NCBI GenBank assembly: GCA_044867805.1
Contig: JBIOVQ010000229.1
Coordinates: forward strand, 1 to 52,172
DNA from: Burkholderiales bacterium
Lineage (GTDB): Bacteria; Pseudomonadota; Gammaproteobacteria; Burkholderiales; SG8-41
Direction of reading: 5' to 3'
DNA: 52,172 nucleotides
Numbering within the stretch: position 1 is the first letter of the stretch; every line of letters starts with the position of its first letter. The position numbers and the translations under genes were made by a program. The notes beneath the pieces were generated by a model that worked only from the letters and a program-made list of their open reading frames with translations, made no database searches and had not been told where the DNA came from. Positions 37,481 through 52,043 of the stretch are shown in pieces.

Positions 37481-38361
37481 GTAGCCAGTATCGCCGCGCC
37501 GCGCTCGGCCGCGCGTACCGTGTTCGCAATGACCATGGCTACGGTCATTGGACCCACGCCTCCCGGCACGGGTGTGATCCAGCCCGCGACGGCGCTGACC
37601 GACGCGAAATCCACGTCGCCGGCAAGCTTGCCGTCGCCGAGCCGGTTGACACCGACGTCCACCACGGCGGCGCCGGGCTTTACCATCCCGCCGGTAACGA
37701 GCCCCGCGCGGCCTGCCGCGACCACCAGGATATCGGCGCGGCGGGTATGCTCCGCAAGGTCGCGAGTGCGGGTATGGCAGACGGTGACCGTCGCCCCGCG
37801 CGCCATCAGCATGAGGGCCATGGGCTTGCCCACGATGGCGCTGCGCCCTATGACCACCGCGTGACGCCCTTCCAGCACGATACCCGCGCGTTCCAGCAGC
37901 ACGATGACGCCGCTCGGAGTGCAGGGCTCGAAGCCAGGGCACCCGCCCACCAGCGCGCCCAGGCTCGCCCAGGTGAGCCCGTCAACGTCTTTCGCCGGCG
38001 CGATGGTCTGCGTGACCTGCACGGTATCGAGTTGCTTGGGCAGCGGCAGCTGCAGCAGGATGCCGTGAACTCGCGGGTCGCGATTGAGCTGTCCCAGGAG
38101 GGTGAGCAGCGTATCGGGCGGGCAATCGGCCGCCAGGTGATGCACCTCGGAATCGACCCCGACCTCATCGCAGGCGCGCACCTTGTTGCGGAGGTAAGTC
38201 CGGGAAGCGGGGTTGTCGCCGACCTGGACGGCCGCAAGCCGGGGCCGGATCCGCATCCGGCCGAGCGCCGCGACGCGCTCCTTCAGCCGCGAGTAGATCT
38301 CGCGGGCTGCCGCGTTGCCATCCAGGACCTGCGCGCGCGCGGCTGCGCCGGCTGCGGTCAT
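37477..38361 (-). CDS. folD: Methylenetetrahydrofolate dehydrogenase/cyclohydrolase
   Basis: GILLQLPLP, KDVDG, PCTP, GRSAIVGKP, TPVPGGVGPMTVA. Confidence 0.96.
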   Translation of the reverse strand: MTAAGAAARAQVLDGNAAAREIYSRLKERVAALGRMRIRPRLAAVQVGDNPASRTYLRNKVRACDEVGVDSEVHHLAADCPPDTLLTLLGQLNRDPRVHGILLQLPLPKQLDTVQVTQTIAPAKDVDGLTWASLGALVGGCPGFEPCTPSGVIVLLERAGIVLEGRHAVVIGRSAIVGKPMALMLMARGATVTVCHTRTRDLAEHTRRADILVVAAGRAGLVTGGMVKPGAAVVDVGVNRLGDGKLAGDVDFASVSAVAGWITPVPGGVGPMTVAMVIANTVRAAERGAAILAT

Positions 38362-38362
38362 T

Positions 38363-39984
<1,622 letters not shown>

Positions 39985-40821
39985 CTACAGCAGGTTCTCC
40001 TGGAATCCCCGGCCCTTGACCGTGCCGTCGAGCGCCTTGAGCGTCTCCAGCAGCGGCCTCATCAGCTTGAGCGGCCACGCGTTGGGCCCGTCCGACAGCG
40101 CCTTTTCCGGGTCGGGATGGGTCTCCATGAACACGCCGGCGACGCCGCTCGCGACCGCGGCGCGGGCGAGCACCGGGACGTATTCGCGCTGCCCGCCGCT
40201 CGCGCTTCCCTGCCCGCCCGGCAACTGCACCGAATGAGTCGCATCGAACACCACGGGGCAGCCGGTGTCGCGCATGATCGCAAGCGAGCGCATGTCGGAA
40301 ACCAGGTTGTTGTAGCCGAACGACGCGCCGCGCTCGCACACCATGACGTTGTCTTTGCCGCTCGCCGCCTTCGCCTTCTCGACCACGTTCTTCATGTCGC
40401 CGGGAGCAAGAAACTGCCCTTTCTTGATGTTGACGGGCTTGCCCGTGGCGGCCACAGCGCAGATGAAATCGGTCTGGCGGCACAGGAAGGCGGGCGTCTG
40501 CAGCACGTCGACCGCGGCCGCCGCGGCATCGATCTCCTCCACTTCGTGCACGTCCGTCAGGACCGGTACGCCGAGCTTCCTCCTCACCTCATCCAGAATC
40601 TCAAGACCTTTGTCTATCCCAAGGCCACGAAAGGACTTTATGGATGTTCTATTGGCCTTGTCGTAGGACGACTTGTAAATGAACGGGATGCCCAGTCCGG
40701 CGCATAACTCCTTCAATGTCCCCGCCGTGTCGAGGGCCAGGTCCCGCGATTCGACAACGCAGGGGCCCGCTATTAGAAACAGCGGGTGCTCCAGGCCAGC
40801 CTTGAAACCGCAGAGGTCCAT
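39985..40821 (-). CDS. kdsA: KDO-8-phosphate synthase
   Basis: [51 protein letters not shown]. Confidence 0.96.
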   Translation of the reverse strand: MDLCGFKAGLEHPLFLIAGPCVVESRDLALDTAGTLKELCAGLGIPFIYKSSYDKANRTSIKSFRGLGIDKGLEILDEVRRKLGVPVLTDVHEVEEIDAAAAAVDVLQTPAFLCRQTDFICAVAATGKPVNIKKGQFLAPGDMKNVVEKAKAASGKDNVMVCERGASFGYNNLVSDMRSLAIMRDTGCPVVFDATHSVQLPGGQGSASGGQREYVPVLARAAVASGVAGVFMETHPDPEKALSDGPNAWPLKLMRPLLETLKALDGTVKGRGFQENLL

Positions 40822-40898
40822 TAGCTCCCCATTGCGGGATCCGCGGGCCCTGCAGCGCTGCCCGCCCCCGGCGCTCCGCGCCCGCCGAGTCCGCGCTG

Positions 40899-40955
40899 CC
40901 CCGCTATGAGAAACAAGGGTTGATCGAGTCCGGCTTTGAACCCGCACAAGTCGAT
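40899..40955 (-). pseudogene. Duplicated fragment of the kdsA 5' end
   Basis: [19 protein letters not shown] versus Kds[20 protein letters not shown]. Confidence 0.85.
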
Positions 40956-41020
40956 CGTGCCGCGGCCGTGAGGCGGCCCGGGTTGCGATCGCCGCGGACG
41001 GGAAGTCACTGCGCGGACCC

Positions 41021-42763
<1,743 letters not shown>

Positions 42764-42797
42764 TCAGTCCTTGTGAGGAGAGCTCCCTTTCGCTCGT

Positions 42798-43389
42798 GGC
42801 CTCTGGCAGGAAAGCGGCAAGTTTCCAGCCAAATCGCGTCGGCCACTTCGGCGCAGCCTCCGACGGCTTACAGCAATTGCAGCTCATGGGTGTCGGCTGC
42901 CCCGCGCTCCTCAGCGGTCGCACCCGCAAGCGCGGCGGCTGTCGAGGTGGAGCAGGGATCGGCGGACCAAGGAGCAGGGGCCCATTCATGGGATGCGACC
43001 GGGAAGCCGATCATGGCGCGTCGTCCAAAGCCGATCCCGCGCATCTCCGGGGTCAGATCCCCAACAGAAAACGTTAGGGCTCCTCTTCCGCCCGTCGACG
43101 CGCCCAAGATTTTTTGGGGATGCGACCCGAGATCAGTCGCATGAGGACCCGCTGCCCACGACCGCCTCCCCGACAGAAAACGTTGGGGCCCCTCTTCCGC
43201 TCTCCGGCGGTCCCTGCTCAACGCTTCGGAGCGCTCTCCTTGGTCGCATTCCCACTAGGCGGGGCAACTGCTGCAGGCTTCGACGGCGGCCTCTGACAGG
43301 AAGGCAGCAAGTTCTCAGCCGCATCACGTCGGCCGCTTCAGCGTCTCCGCGGTCGCATCCCCGCCGAGGAGCGGCGGGGCCCCTGCTCC
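42798..43389. repeat. Composite mosaic of direct and inverted repeats between ppsA and pyrG
   Basis: 56-nt direct pair 42798-42853/43288-43343; 33-nt direct pair 43059-43091/43168-43200; five GGGATGCGACC-type motifs in both orientations; 42971-42983 inverted to 43377-43389. Confidence 0.85.
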
Positions 43390-45774
43390 GCGCTTCGACG
43401 CTGCCTCCCTTGCCAGGTAGAGCCAGGTCTCCACCACGGTGTCGGGGTTGAGCGAGAGGCTGTCGATGCCCTCCTCCATCAGCCATTTCGCGAGATCGGG
43501 GTGGTCGGAGGGTCCCTGCCCGCAGATGCCGACGTACTTCCCGGCCCGGCGGCACGCCTGGATCGCAAGGCGCAGCATGCCCTTCACCGCCGGGTCGCGC
43601 TCGTCGAAATGGGCGGCGATGATGCCCGAATCGCGGTCGAGGCCGAGCGTGAGCTGCGTCATGTCGTTGGAGCCGATGGAGAACCCGTCGAAGTGCTCGA
43701 GGAACTCGTCGGCCAGGATCGCGTTCGCCGGCAACTCGCACATCATCACCACGCGCAGCCCGTTCTCGCCGCGCCGCAATCCGTTCTCGGCCAGGAGCTC
43801 CAGCACTTGCTTGGCCTCGTTCACCGTGCGCACGAACGGGACCATGATCTCGATGTTGGTGAGCCCCATGCCGTCGCGCGCCTTCTTCAGCGCCCGGCAC
43901 TCCAGCCGGAAACACTCGCGAAACGAGGGATCGATGTAGCGGCCCGCGCCGCGAAAGCCGAGCATCGGGTTCTCCTCCCGCGGCTCGTAGCGCGACCCGC
44001 CCGTGAGGCTCGAGTACTCGTTGGATTTGAAGTCCGACAGCCGCACGATCACCGGCTTGGGCCAGAATGCCGCTCCGAGCGTCGCGATGCCCTCGGCCAG
44101 CTTCTCCACGTAGAAGGTTACCGGGTCCGGATAGCCGGCGCTGTGCTCCTCGACCGCGGTCTTCAGGTCCGACCCGAGATCGGGGTAGGCGAGCACCGCG
44201 CGCGGATGCACCCCGATGCCGCGGGCGATGATGAATTCCAGCCGCGCGAGTCCCACGCCTTCGTTGGGCAACCGCTGGAATTCGAACGCCAGCTCCGGGT
44301 TGCCGACGTTCATGGTGATCTTCAACGGCGCGGCGGGCATGCTCTTCAGCGAGAGGTCGATTACCTCGGTCTCGAGCGTGCCGCGGTAGACAAAGCCGGT
44401 GTCCCCCTCGGCGCAGGACACGGTCACCGGGCGCCCATCCTTCAGGACCTGCGTGGCATCCCCGCACCCCACGACCGCGGGGATGCCGAGCTCACGGGCG
44501 ATGATCGCCGCGTGGCAGGTGCGCCCGCCGCGATTGGTGACGATCGCCGCCGCCCGCTTCATAACCGGCTCCCAGTCGGGGTCCGTCATGTCCGTCACCA
44601 GCACGTCGCCCTCGCGCACGCGCGACATCTCCGCCGCATCGCGGACCAAGCGCACCGGGCCCGCGCCGATCTTCTGCCCGATCGCGCGGCCGGTCGCGAG
44701 CACCTCGGAGCGCTGCTTCAGCCGGTAGCGCCGCAGCAAATCGACCTTTTCGGCCGCCTTGACCGTTTCGGGGCGCGCCTGCAGCACATAGAGCTTGCCG
44801 TCGATGCCGTCCCGGCCCCACTCGATGTCCATCGGGCGGCCGTAATGGTCCTCGATGATGAGCGCGTAGCGGGCGAGCTCCTCGGCCTCGGCATCGCTGA
44901 TCGAGAAGCGCCGCCGCTCGCGCTCCGGGACATCGACGGTTTTCACGGCATCCCCGGCCTGCCGCTCGTCCGCGTAGACCATCTTCACGGCCTTGGAGCC
45001 GAGCCCGCGCCGCAGGATCGCCTGCCTGCCTTCGCGCAGGGCCCGCTTGTAGACGTAGAACTCGTCAGGATTGACCTTGCCCTGCACCACGGTCTCGCCC
45101 AGCCCGTAGGCGGCGGTGATGAATACCACCTGGTCGAAGCCCGACTCGGTGTCGAGCGTGAACATGACGCCGCTCGCGCCGAGGTCGCTGCGCACCATGC
45201 GCTGGATGCCCGCGGACAGCGCGACGTCTGCGTGCGCGTAGCCCTTGTGCGCCCGGTAGGAAATGGCCCGGTCGGTGTACAGGGAGGCGTACACCCGCCT
45301 CAGCGCCAGGCACAACTGGTCCAGCCCGCGCACGTTCAGGAAGGTTTCCTGCTGGCCGGCAAAAGACGCGTCGGGCAGGTCCTCCGCCGTCGCCGACGAG
45401 CGCACCGCGAAGGATGCCTCGGCGCCCGCCCCGTCCGCCAGCTTGCGGTAGGCGTCGCCGATCTGTCCCTTGAGCCGTTGGGGCAGCTCCTGGGCCAGGA
45501 TCCACCCACGGATCTCCTGGCCCGCCTGCACCAGCGCGGCTATGTCGCCGGAATCCACCCGGCGCAGGCGGTCGGCGACGCGGCGGTCGAGGCCGCCCTG
45601 CGTCAGAAACTCGCGATAGCCTTGCGCGGTGGTGGCGAAACCGCCGGGGACCCGCACCCCCGCGCCGCCCAGCTGGCTGATCATCTCGCCGAGCGACGCG
45701 TTCTTCCCCCCGACCACTGCCACGTCCTTCATCCGCAATGCGGAAAGGTCGATAACGAGGTCCGCCTTGCTCAT
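43324..45774 (-). CDS. ppsA: Phosphoenolpyruvate synthase
   Basis: [50 protein letters not shown]. Confidence 0.97.
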   Translation of the reverse strand: MSKADLVIDLSALRMKDVAVVGGKNASLGEMISQLGGAGVRVPGGFATTAQGYREFLTQGGLDRRVADRLRRVDSGDIAALVQAGQEIRGWILAQELPQRLKGQIGDAYRKLADGAGAEASFAVRSSATAEDLPDASFAGQQETFLNVRGLDQLCLALRRVYASLYTDRAISYRAHKGYAHADVALSAGIQRMVRSDLGASGVMFTLDTESGFDQVVFITAAYGLGETVVQGKVNPDEFYVYKRALREGRQAILRRGLGSKAVKMVYADERQAGDAVKTVDVPERERRRFSISDAEAEELARYALIIEDHYGRPMDIEWGRDGIDGKLYVLQARPETVKAAEKVDLLRRYRLKQRSEVLATGRAIGQKIGAGPVRLVRDAAEMSRVREGDVLVTDMTDPDWEPVMKRAAAIVTNRGGRTCHAAIIARELGIPAVVGCGDATQVLKDGRPVTVSCAEGDTGFVYRGTLETEVIDLSLKSMPAAPLKITMNVGNPELAFEFQRLPNEGVGLARLEFIIARGIGVHPRAVLAYPDLGSDLKTAVEEHSAGYPDPVTFYVEKLAEGIATLGAAFWPKPVIVRLSDFKSNEYSSLTGGSRYEPREENPMLGFRGAGRYIDPSFRECFRLECRALKKARDGMGLTNIEIMVPFVRTVNEAKQVLELLAENGLRRGENGLRVVMMCELPANAILADEFLEHFDGFSIGSNDMTQLTLGLDRDSGIIAAHFDERDPAVKGMLRLAIQACRRAGKYVGICGQGPSDHPDLAKWLMEEGIDSLSLNPDTVVETWLYLAREAASKRGAGAPPLLGGDATAETLKRPT

Positions 45775-45848
45775 GCCTTCACCACCGGATGAATTGTGCG
45801 CCGCGGAAAAAGAAGATATTTTAGCCGCAAAATGTAGGGGGGGCAGCG

Positions 45849-46673
45849 ATGACGCAACCGCGCAGCGCATTCTTCGTCTCGGACCGGACCGGCATCACCG
45901 CCGAGATGCTCGGCCACAGCCTGCTGACGCAGTTCGACGACATGCGCTTCAACGAAGTCACCCTGCCCTTCGTCGACACGGTCGAGAAAGCGCGCGAAGT
46001 GGTGGAGAAGATCAACCGCCAGGGCGCCGCGGACGGCGTCAGGCCGATCGTCATCAGCACGCTCGCCCGCACCGAGATCGCCCGGGTCATCGGGCAGGCG
46101 AACGCGCTGTTCCTCGATTGCTTCGAGATGTTCATCTCGCCGCTCGAGCGCGAAATCGGCGTCAGGGCTTCGCATGCCGTGGGGCGCTCGCACAGTGTCT
46201 CGGATTTCGTCAATTACCACCGCCGCATCGAGTCCGTTAACTACACGCTGTCGCACGACGACGGGCTCGCGACCCGCGATCTGTCCGAAGCCGACGTCGT
46301 CCTGGTCGGCGTCTCGCGCTGCGGCAAGACGCCGACCTGCCTCTACCTTTCCATGCAGTTCGGCATCCGCGCGGCCAACTACCCCCTCATCCCCGAGGAC
46401 TTCGCCGCGAAGCAGCTGCCGGTCCAGCTGCGTCCCTTGCGCGGCCGCCTGCACGGCCTGACCATCAGGCCGGAGCGGCTGCAGGAAATCCGCAACGAGC
46501 GCCGGCCGAACAGCCACTACGCGACGCTGGCCAATTGCGAGTTCGAGGTGCGCGAGGCCGAGGCGTTGATGCGGCAGGAGAAGATCCCCTTCCTGGACGC
46601 GACCAGCAAGTCGGTCGAAGAGCTCGCGACCACGATCCTGCAGGAGGCGAAGCTGGTGCGACGCATCTACTAG
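45849..46673 (+). CDS. ppsR: PEP synthase regulatory protein
   Basis: [29 protein letters not shown]; divergent from ppsA. Confidence 0.95.
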   Translation: MTQPRSAFFVSDRTGITAEMLGHSLLTQFDDMRFNEVTLPFVDTVEKAREVVEKINRQGAADGVRPIVISTLARTEIARVIGQANALFLDCFEMFISPLEREIGVRASHAVGRSHSVSDFVNYHRRIESVNYTLSHDDGLATRDLSEADVVLVGVSRCGKTPTCLYLSMQFGIRAANYPLIPEDFAAKQLPVQLRPLRGRLHGLTIRPERLQEIRNERRPNSHYATLANCEFEVREAEALMRQEKIPFLDATSKSVEELATTILQEAKLVRRIY

Positions 46674-46705
46674 GAGTTTGTCGGGCTGTGCCCCGACAAA
46701 CTCCT
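46670..46705. repeat. Palindrome starting at the ppsR TAG stop; possible bidirectional terminator or collapsed MITE
   Basis: CTAGGAGTTTGTCGGG-CTGTGC-CCCGACAAACTCCT; same arms as 51835-51870. Confidence 0.85.
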
Positions 46706-46748
46706 GAAGTGAGGCTGCATTCAAGAAACAACCATAGGCCGTCGAAAT

Positions 46749-47594
46749 TCAGCTTTCAGCGCCCTCGCGTCTGGATTGACCGCGGTCACGGATCGCTGAA
46801 AGCTGGCGGACGCGCTCGAACAGGCAAACCGCGGCGGCCGCCGCGACATTGAGCGACTCCACCGGTCCCGGCATGGGCACCGCGACCACGACGTCCGCCA
46901 CACTGAGCAGCTCGCGGCTCAGGCCGGCGCCCTCGTTGCCGAAGAAGAATGCCACGTTACCCCTCAAATCGGCATTGAAAACCGATGCGGGAGCATCCTG
47001 CCGCGTGGCGACGCGCGTGCCGCGAAAGCCTCGTGCCGCCGCCGGCAGATCCGCCTGCTCGTAAACCGCAAGCGTAAAGTGCGCCCCCATTCCCGCGCGC
47101 AACACGCGCGGCGACCAGGCGTGCACCGAGCCGGTGGAGAGCAGCACGTGCCGGATGCCGGCCGCGGCACAACTGCGCAGCATCGAGCCGAGGTTGCCCG
47201 GATCCTGGATGTCCTCGAGCATGACGCACGCATCCATTCCCTGTGGGGGCGGCTGCAGCCGCGGCGTCTTTACCACCGCGAGGATGCCGGTCGGGGTCTC
47301 GACCGGCGAAACATGCCGGAACAGCGAGTCGGCCAGCAGGAGGGTGTCCACGCCGGCCAGGCCTTCCGCCAGGCCGCGAATCCGCGGATCCTCCATGCCT
47401 GACCGGCTCACTACCAGCTGTTGAGGCGCCCCGTGATGCTGCTGGTAGGCCGTGACCAGGTGCGCACCATCCAGCACCGAGAGCCCCGACTTCTTGCGCG
47501 CCTGCGCGGACTGCACCAGCCTGCGCAATTCCTTGTAGCGCGGGTTGTCGCCGGAGGTGACGGCCTTGAAGCCGGGCCGCGCTGGCGACGGCAT
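46749..47594 (-). CDS. TrmH/SpoU family RNA methyltransferase
   Basis: IQDPGNLGSMLRS, FGNEGAGLS, ESLNVAAAAAV. Confidence 0.93.
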   Translation of the reverse strand: MPSPARPGFKAVTSGDNPRYKELRRLVQSAQARKKSGLSVLDGAHLVTAYQQHHGAPQQLVVSRSGMEDPRIRGLAEGLAGVDTLLLADSLFRHVSPVETPTGILAVVKTPRLQPPPQGMDACVMLEDIQDPGNLGSMLRSCAAAGIRHVLLSTGSVHAWSPRVLRAGMGAHFTLAVYEQADLPAAARGFRGTRVATRQDAPASVFNADLRGNVAFFFGNEGAGLSRELLSVADVVVAVPMPGPVESLNVAAAAAVCLFERVRQLSAIRDRGQSRREGAES

Positions 47595-48214
47595 CAGGCG
47601 CGCTCCAGCGCGTTACCGCCGTCGAAGGCCAGCAAGACTTGCTCCCCGTCCAACCCCAGCACGGCGCGCACCGGTGCAAAGCTGCGGCGGTGCACGGAGC
47701 AGGCACCGTGGGCGCGTAAGGCCGCGAGGTGCTCGTCCGTGGTGTAGCCCTTGTGACGATCGAAGCCGTAGAGCGGAAACTCCTCGTGCAGCTTGAGCAT
47801 GCTCGCATCGCGCGCGACCTTGGCGAGTATGGAAGCCGCCGAAATCGCCGCCACCGTGGCATCACCCCCGACGATCGCGCGCATCGGGATGGCCAGTTCC
47901 GGCCGGTAGAGGCCGTCCACCAGCACCCGCTGCGGCTTGACGCTCAGGGCCTCGACGGCGCGGCGCATGGCGAGCAGGCTCGCGCGCAGGATGTTGAGAG
48001 CGTCTATCTCCTGCACGCTCGCGGCGGCCACGGCCCAGGCAACGGCGCGCGACCTTATCTCCCGCGCCAGTTCCTCGCGCCGGCGCGGCGTGAGAGTCTT
48101 CGAATCCGCCAGGCCTTCCACGCGCCGGCGCGGGTGGAGAATGACCGCCGCTGCGACCACCGGTCCGGCCAGCGGCCCCCTTCCCGCCTCGTCCACGCCG
48201 CACATGAGCCTCAT
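47594..48214 (-). CDS. rnhB: Ribonuclease HII
   Basis: [38 protein letters not shown]. Confidence 0.96.
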   Translation of the reverse strand: MRLMCGVDEAGRGPLAGPVVAAAVILHPRRRVEGLADSKTLTPRRREELAREIRSRAVAWAVAAASVQEIDALNILRASLLAMRRAVEALSVKPQRVLVDGLYRPELAIPMRAIVGGDATVAAISAASILAKVARDASMLKLHEEFPLYGFDRHKGYTTDEHLAALRAHGACSVHRRSFAPVRAVLGLDGEQVLLAFDGGNALERA

Positions 48215-49368
48215 GACGCGGGCCTCAGCATCGGCACCAGCGCAGATGCGATGCGGCCGGGACTGTCCTGCCGTAACGCGTCGGCCATCGCAGCGAAGCG
48301 CGCCTCCAGCCGCGCGCGAACGGTATTGTCGAAGAGCAGGTTGAGTACGGCCTGCGACAGGTTCTCGGGCGTGGCCTCGTCCTGCAGAAACTCCGGGACG
48401 ATGAACTCTCCGGCGACGACGTTGGGCAGCCCGACGTACGGCTGATAGTGCCGGCGCTTCATGAGCCACCACGACAGGCGCGGCATGCGGTAAGCGATCA
48501 CCACCGGGCGCCCGATCAGCGCCGCCTCGAGCGTCGCGGTCCCGGACGCTGCGAGCACGACATCCGCCGCCGTCATCGCGTCGTGGGCGTGCCCGAACAG
48601 CACCGTCAGGTTCAGCTCCTCCGCCGGGCGGCTGTAGAGCGCCGCCTCGAACAGCTCCCGCGTCCGCCGGCTCACCAGGGGCACGAGGAAATGCGTTTCG
48701 GGCGCCGCCGCGGCGATCCGGCTGGCCGTCTCGATGAACAGCCCGGCCAGGTGCTCGACTTCGGCGTCGCGGCTTCCCGGCAGCATCGCGATGACCCTGG
48801 CCGCGGCGGGCAGCCGCAGCTGCTCGCGCATGGGCCTGCGGTCGGGAGTCGGCTGCAGGATCTCGGCAAGCGGATGCCCGACGTAGGTCACCGGGACCCC
48901 GGCCCGCTCGTACACATCCCGCTCGAACGGGAACACCACCAGCATCCGGTCCACCGCGCGCTTGATGCCGCGGATGCGGTGGCCGCGCCACGCCCAGATC
49001 TGGGGGCTCACGTAGTGGATAGTGGGTATGCCCGCTGCCTTGAGCCTGGCCTCGAGATCGAGATTGAAGTCGGGCGCATCAACCCCGACGAAGAGCGCGG
49101 GGCGATGCTTCAGGAAATGTGCAGTGAGCCGCCGGCGGATGCCGACGATCTCGAGGTAGTGGCGCAGCACCTCCACATAGCCGCGTACCGCCAGTTTCTC
49201 CAGGGGATAGAGCGATTCCATGCCCTCGGCCTGCATGCGCGGCCCGCCGATCCCGCTGAAACGCGCCTGCGGCAGCCGCAGCCGCAGCGCCTTGATGAGA
49301 TGGGCGCCGAGCTGGTCGCCGGATGCCTCGCCCGCAACCACGCCGATGGTGAGCGGTGCGGCGGCCAT
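48211..49368 (-). CDS. lpxB: Lipid A disaccharide synthase
   Basis: [35 protein letters not shown]. Confidence 0.96.
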   Translation of the reverse strand: MAAAPLTIGVVAGEASGDQLGAHLIKALRLRLPQARFSGIGGPRMQAEGMESLYPLEKLAVRGYVEVLRHYLEIVGIRRRLTAHFLKHRPALFVGVDAPDFNLDLEARLKAAGIPTIHYVSPQIWAWRGHRIRGIKRAVDRMLVVFPFERDVYERAGVPVTYVGHPLAEILQPTPDRRPMREQLRLPAAARVIAMLPGSRDAEVEHLAGLFIETASRIAAAAPETHFLVPLVSRRTRELFEAALYSRPAEELNLTVLFGHAHDAMTAADVVLAASGTATLEAALIGRPVVIAYRMPRLSWWLMKRRHYQPYVGLPNVVAGEFIVPEFLQDEATPENLSQAVLNLLFDNTVRARLEARFAAMADALRQDSPGRIASALVPMLRPAS

Positions 49369-49375
49369 TCGGCAG

Positions 49376-50149
49376 TTATCTCACGATGCCGCGCGTGGAA
49401 ACAGCCAGGAAGTCGAGCGTGGCCTGGATGTCAGGGCATTGCTTGGCCTGCCGTGCAAGCTCGCGCCGTGCCTGGTCCAGCGTGTGCCCCGACCGGTAGA
49501 GCGTCTTGTAGGCGCGCTTGAGCCCGGTGATCGTGCCCGCCGCGAAGCCGCGCCGCTTCAGCCCCTCGCCGTTGAGGCCGTAGGGCCTGGCCGGATTGCC
49601 GGAAACCATGATGTATGGCGGAACGTCCTGCAGCACGACGGTGCCGGCGCCGGTGATGCAGTGGGCTCCGATATGGCAGAACTGGTGCACGGCGGTGATC
49701 CCGCCCAGTATGGCGTAGTCGCCGATGTGCACGTGGCCTCCCAGCTGCGTCGAATTGGCGATCACCGTGTGGCTGCCGACCTGGCAGTCGTGCGCGAGGT
49801 GCACGTAGGCCATGATCCAGTTGTCGTTGCCCAGCCGCGTGACACCCGCGTCCTGGACGGTCGCGCAGTTGAGAGTGCAGAACTCGCGAATGGTGTTGCC
49901 GTCGCCGATCTCGAGCCGCGTGGGCTCGCCCTTGTATTTCTTGTCCTGGGGCGGCGCGCCCAGCGACACGTGCTGAAAGATGCGGTTGTTGGCGCCGATG
50001 CGGGTATGCCCCGTGACGACCGTGTGCGCGCCGACGGAGCTCCCGGCGCCGATCTCGACGTGCGGCCCGATGACGGCGTAGGGCCCTATTTCGACATCGG
50101 ACGCCAGGCGCGCCTTGGGATCGACTATGGCGGCGGGGTGAACTTTCAC
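49376..50149 (-). CDS. lpxA: UDP-N-acetylglucosamine acyltransferase
   Basis: Hexapeptide repeats, PQDKKY, HLAHDC, VHQFC. Confidence 0.96.
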   Translation of the reverse strand: MKVHPAAIVDPKARLASDVEIGPYAVIGPHVEIGAGSSVGAHTVVTGHTRIGANNRIFQHVSLGAPPQDKKYKGEPTRLEIGDGNTIREFCTLNCATVQDAGVTRLGNDNWIMAYVHLAHDCQVGSHTVIANSTQLGGHVHIGDYAILGGITAVHQFCHIGAHCITGAGTVVLQDVPPYIMVSGNPARPYGLNGEGLKRRGFAAGTITGLKRAYKTLYRSGHTLDQARRELARQAKQCPDIQATLDFLAVSTRGIVR

Positions 50150-50162
50150 GGCACGGGCGGCA

Positions 50163-50618
50163 TCAGGCGGACTCGTTCAGCGCGCGCACCGTGCACATGA
50201 TCTCCGCTTCCGCGACCCGGGCGTCGCCCACCACGGCCTGCGCGGTGAATTTCCATATGCCCCGAAGCTGCCGCTCGAGCGCGACATCCAGCCGCAGCGT
50301 GTCACCGGGCATGACCGGCTTCTTGAAGCGCGCGTTGTCGATGCCGACGAAGTAGTAGACCAGGCGCTCGTCCGGGCGGTGCTGCTCGCTGTGAAACGTC
50401 AGGATCGCGCACGCCTGCGCCATGGCCTCGATGATCAGCACGCCCGGCATCACCGGGTGGTGCGGGAAATGGCCCTGGAAGAACGGCTCGTTGATCGTCA
50501 CGTTCTTGAGGGCCGAGAGGCGCTTGCCCGGCTCGCATGACAGCACCCGGTCGATGAGGAGGAGCGGATACCGGTGCGGCAGGTACTGGAGAACCTTGCT
50601 GATGTCCATGCCGTTCAC
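50163..50618 (-). CDS. fabZ: 3-hydroxyacyl-ACP dehydratase
   Basis: [31 protein letters not shown]; start GTG 50618 or ATG 50609. Confidence 0.96.
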   Translation of the reverse strand: MNGMDISKVLQYLPHRYPLLLIDRVLSCEPGKRLSALKNVTINEPFFQGHFPHHPVMPGVLIIEAMAQACAILTFHSEQHRPDERLVYYFVGIDNARFKKPVMPGDTLRLDVALERQLRGIWKFTAQAVVGDARVAEAEIMCTVRALNESA

Positions 50619-51667
50619 GGCTTTCTCCTTTTCGCTGGTGCGCGCTTCTTCTCGAGCGCTTGCACGCGGTCTGCCAGCTCGGCGAGATGCCGCAGCTGTA
50701 CTGCATTCTTGAGCCACTGCCGGTGCGGCTCGAACACGTATGCGCCGGTATAGGTGCCCGGCTGGTCGATCGATTTCGTCACCAGCGTGTAGGTCGAGAT
50801 CTCGACGTGATCCGCAATGGTGAGATGCCCGGCGATGCCCGCGGCGCCGCCGATCCTGCAATAGCGCCCGATGCGGGCGCTGCCGGCAATCCCGGCGCAC
50901 GCCGCGATCGCCGTATGGGCGCCGATGCGCACGTTGTGGCCCACCTGGATCTGGTTGTCGAGCTTCACTCCTTCCTCGATCACGGTATCGTCCAGCGCGC
51001 CGCGGTCCACTGTCGTATTGGCGCCGATTTCCACGTCGTTGCCGACCAGCACGCGCCCGATCTGCGGGACCTTCACCCATTGCTTCTGATCGAAGGCGAT
51101 GCCGAAACCATCCGCCCCGATCACGACGCCGGAATGCAGGATCACCCGGTCCCCGATCACGCACTCATCATAAACCGTGACGTTGGGATAGAGCCGCGTT
51201 GCCGCGCCGATCACCACCCCTTCGCCGATGCAGCAGCCGGCTCCCACGGTGCTGCCCGCGCCGATGATCGCGTTGCGCCCGATCACCGCGCACGGCCCGA
51301 TCTCCGCGTCGCGGGCGATCCGCGCGGAACCATCGACGACCGCGGAGGCGCTGATGCCCGCCCGTGCCGGGCGCGGAGGGTTGAACAGGGCCGACACGCG
51401 GGCGAAGTACGCGAGGGGATTGGCGCACACGATGCGCGGCAGCCGCGTGGCGCCGCGCGCTGCTTCACCGACGATCACGGCGCCGGCGCGCGTCGTCTTG
51501 AGCTGCGCCCGGTAGCGCGGGTTGGCCAGGAAAGCGATGGTTTCCGGCGCGGCCTTCTCGAGAGTCGCGACCTGCCGCACGCGGACGGCGGCGTCGCCGG
51601 CGACCTCGCCGCCGAAACGTTCCACGATCTCGCGCAGGCTGAAGGTTGTCGATGCGCCGGATTTCAT
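50615..51667 (-). CDS. lpxD: UDP-3-O-acylglucosamine N-acyltransferase
   Basis: [34 protein letters not shown]. Confidence 0.96.
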   Translation of the reverse strand: MKSGASTTFSLREIVERFGGEVAGDAAVRVRQVATLEKAAPETIAFLANPRYRAQLKTTRAGAVIVGEAARGATRLPRIVCANPLAYFARVSALFNPPRPARAGISASAVVDGSARIARDAEIGPCAVIGRNAIIGAGSTVGAGCCIGEGVVIGAATRLYPNVTVYDECVIGDRVILHSGVVIGADGFGIAFDQKQWVKVPQIGRVLVGNDVEIGANTTVDRGALDDTVIEEGVKLDNQIQVGHNVRIGAHTAIAACAGIAGSARIGRYCRIGGAAGIAGHLTIADHVEISTYTLVTKSIDQPGTYTGAYVFEPHRQWLKNAVQLRHLAELADRVQALEKKRAPAKRRKP

Positions 51668-51670
51668 CGG

Positions 51671-51870
51671 CTAGCAGCCTGTCGGACTTGGCAGTCTGCA
51701 CAGGCTGCTAACCGCAAAACCGGCCGATCCTTCACCAAGAAGCCCCGCCGAATGAGTCGAATTCTCAGATAAGCAAGGGTGATTTTGCGTATTCATCATC
51801 TTTTCCTGCAATTATCTTCGCGCCGGTTTTGCATTAGGAGTTTGTCGGGGCTAAGTCCGACAAACTCCTA
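51671..51870. mobile_element. Three abutting palindromic/MITE-like elements joined at TA dinucleotides
   Basis: TAGCAGCCTGT..ACAGGCTGCTA (51672-51710); GCAAAACCGGC (51714-51724)..GCCGGTTTTGC (51822-51832); TAGGAGTTTGTCGG..CCGACAAACTCCTA (51835-51870). Confidence 0.75.
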
Positions 51871-51979
51871 GGGATGCCCGCTGCCGCCGCCCTTCGGCGC
51901 GGTGCCGGGAGGTCCGCTGCGCGGCCGGTCACCCTGCCGAGCCTCGTGCAGACGCGCGGCTGCGCAACTGCACCTGTAA

Positions 51980-52017
51980 CCTCCCGTCTCCGCTCGGGAG
52001 AGGGGCGGGGGTGAGGG
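51980..52017. repeat. CCTCCC..GGGAGAGGGGCGGGGGTGAGGG repeat arm
   Basis: Resembles a widespread CCCTCACCCC/GGGAGAGGG intergenic repeat I recall; single copy here. Confidence 0.5.
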
Positions 52018-52043
52018 ATGAGCGTCAGCCGATCTCGCGACGC

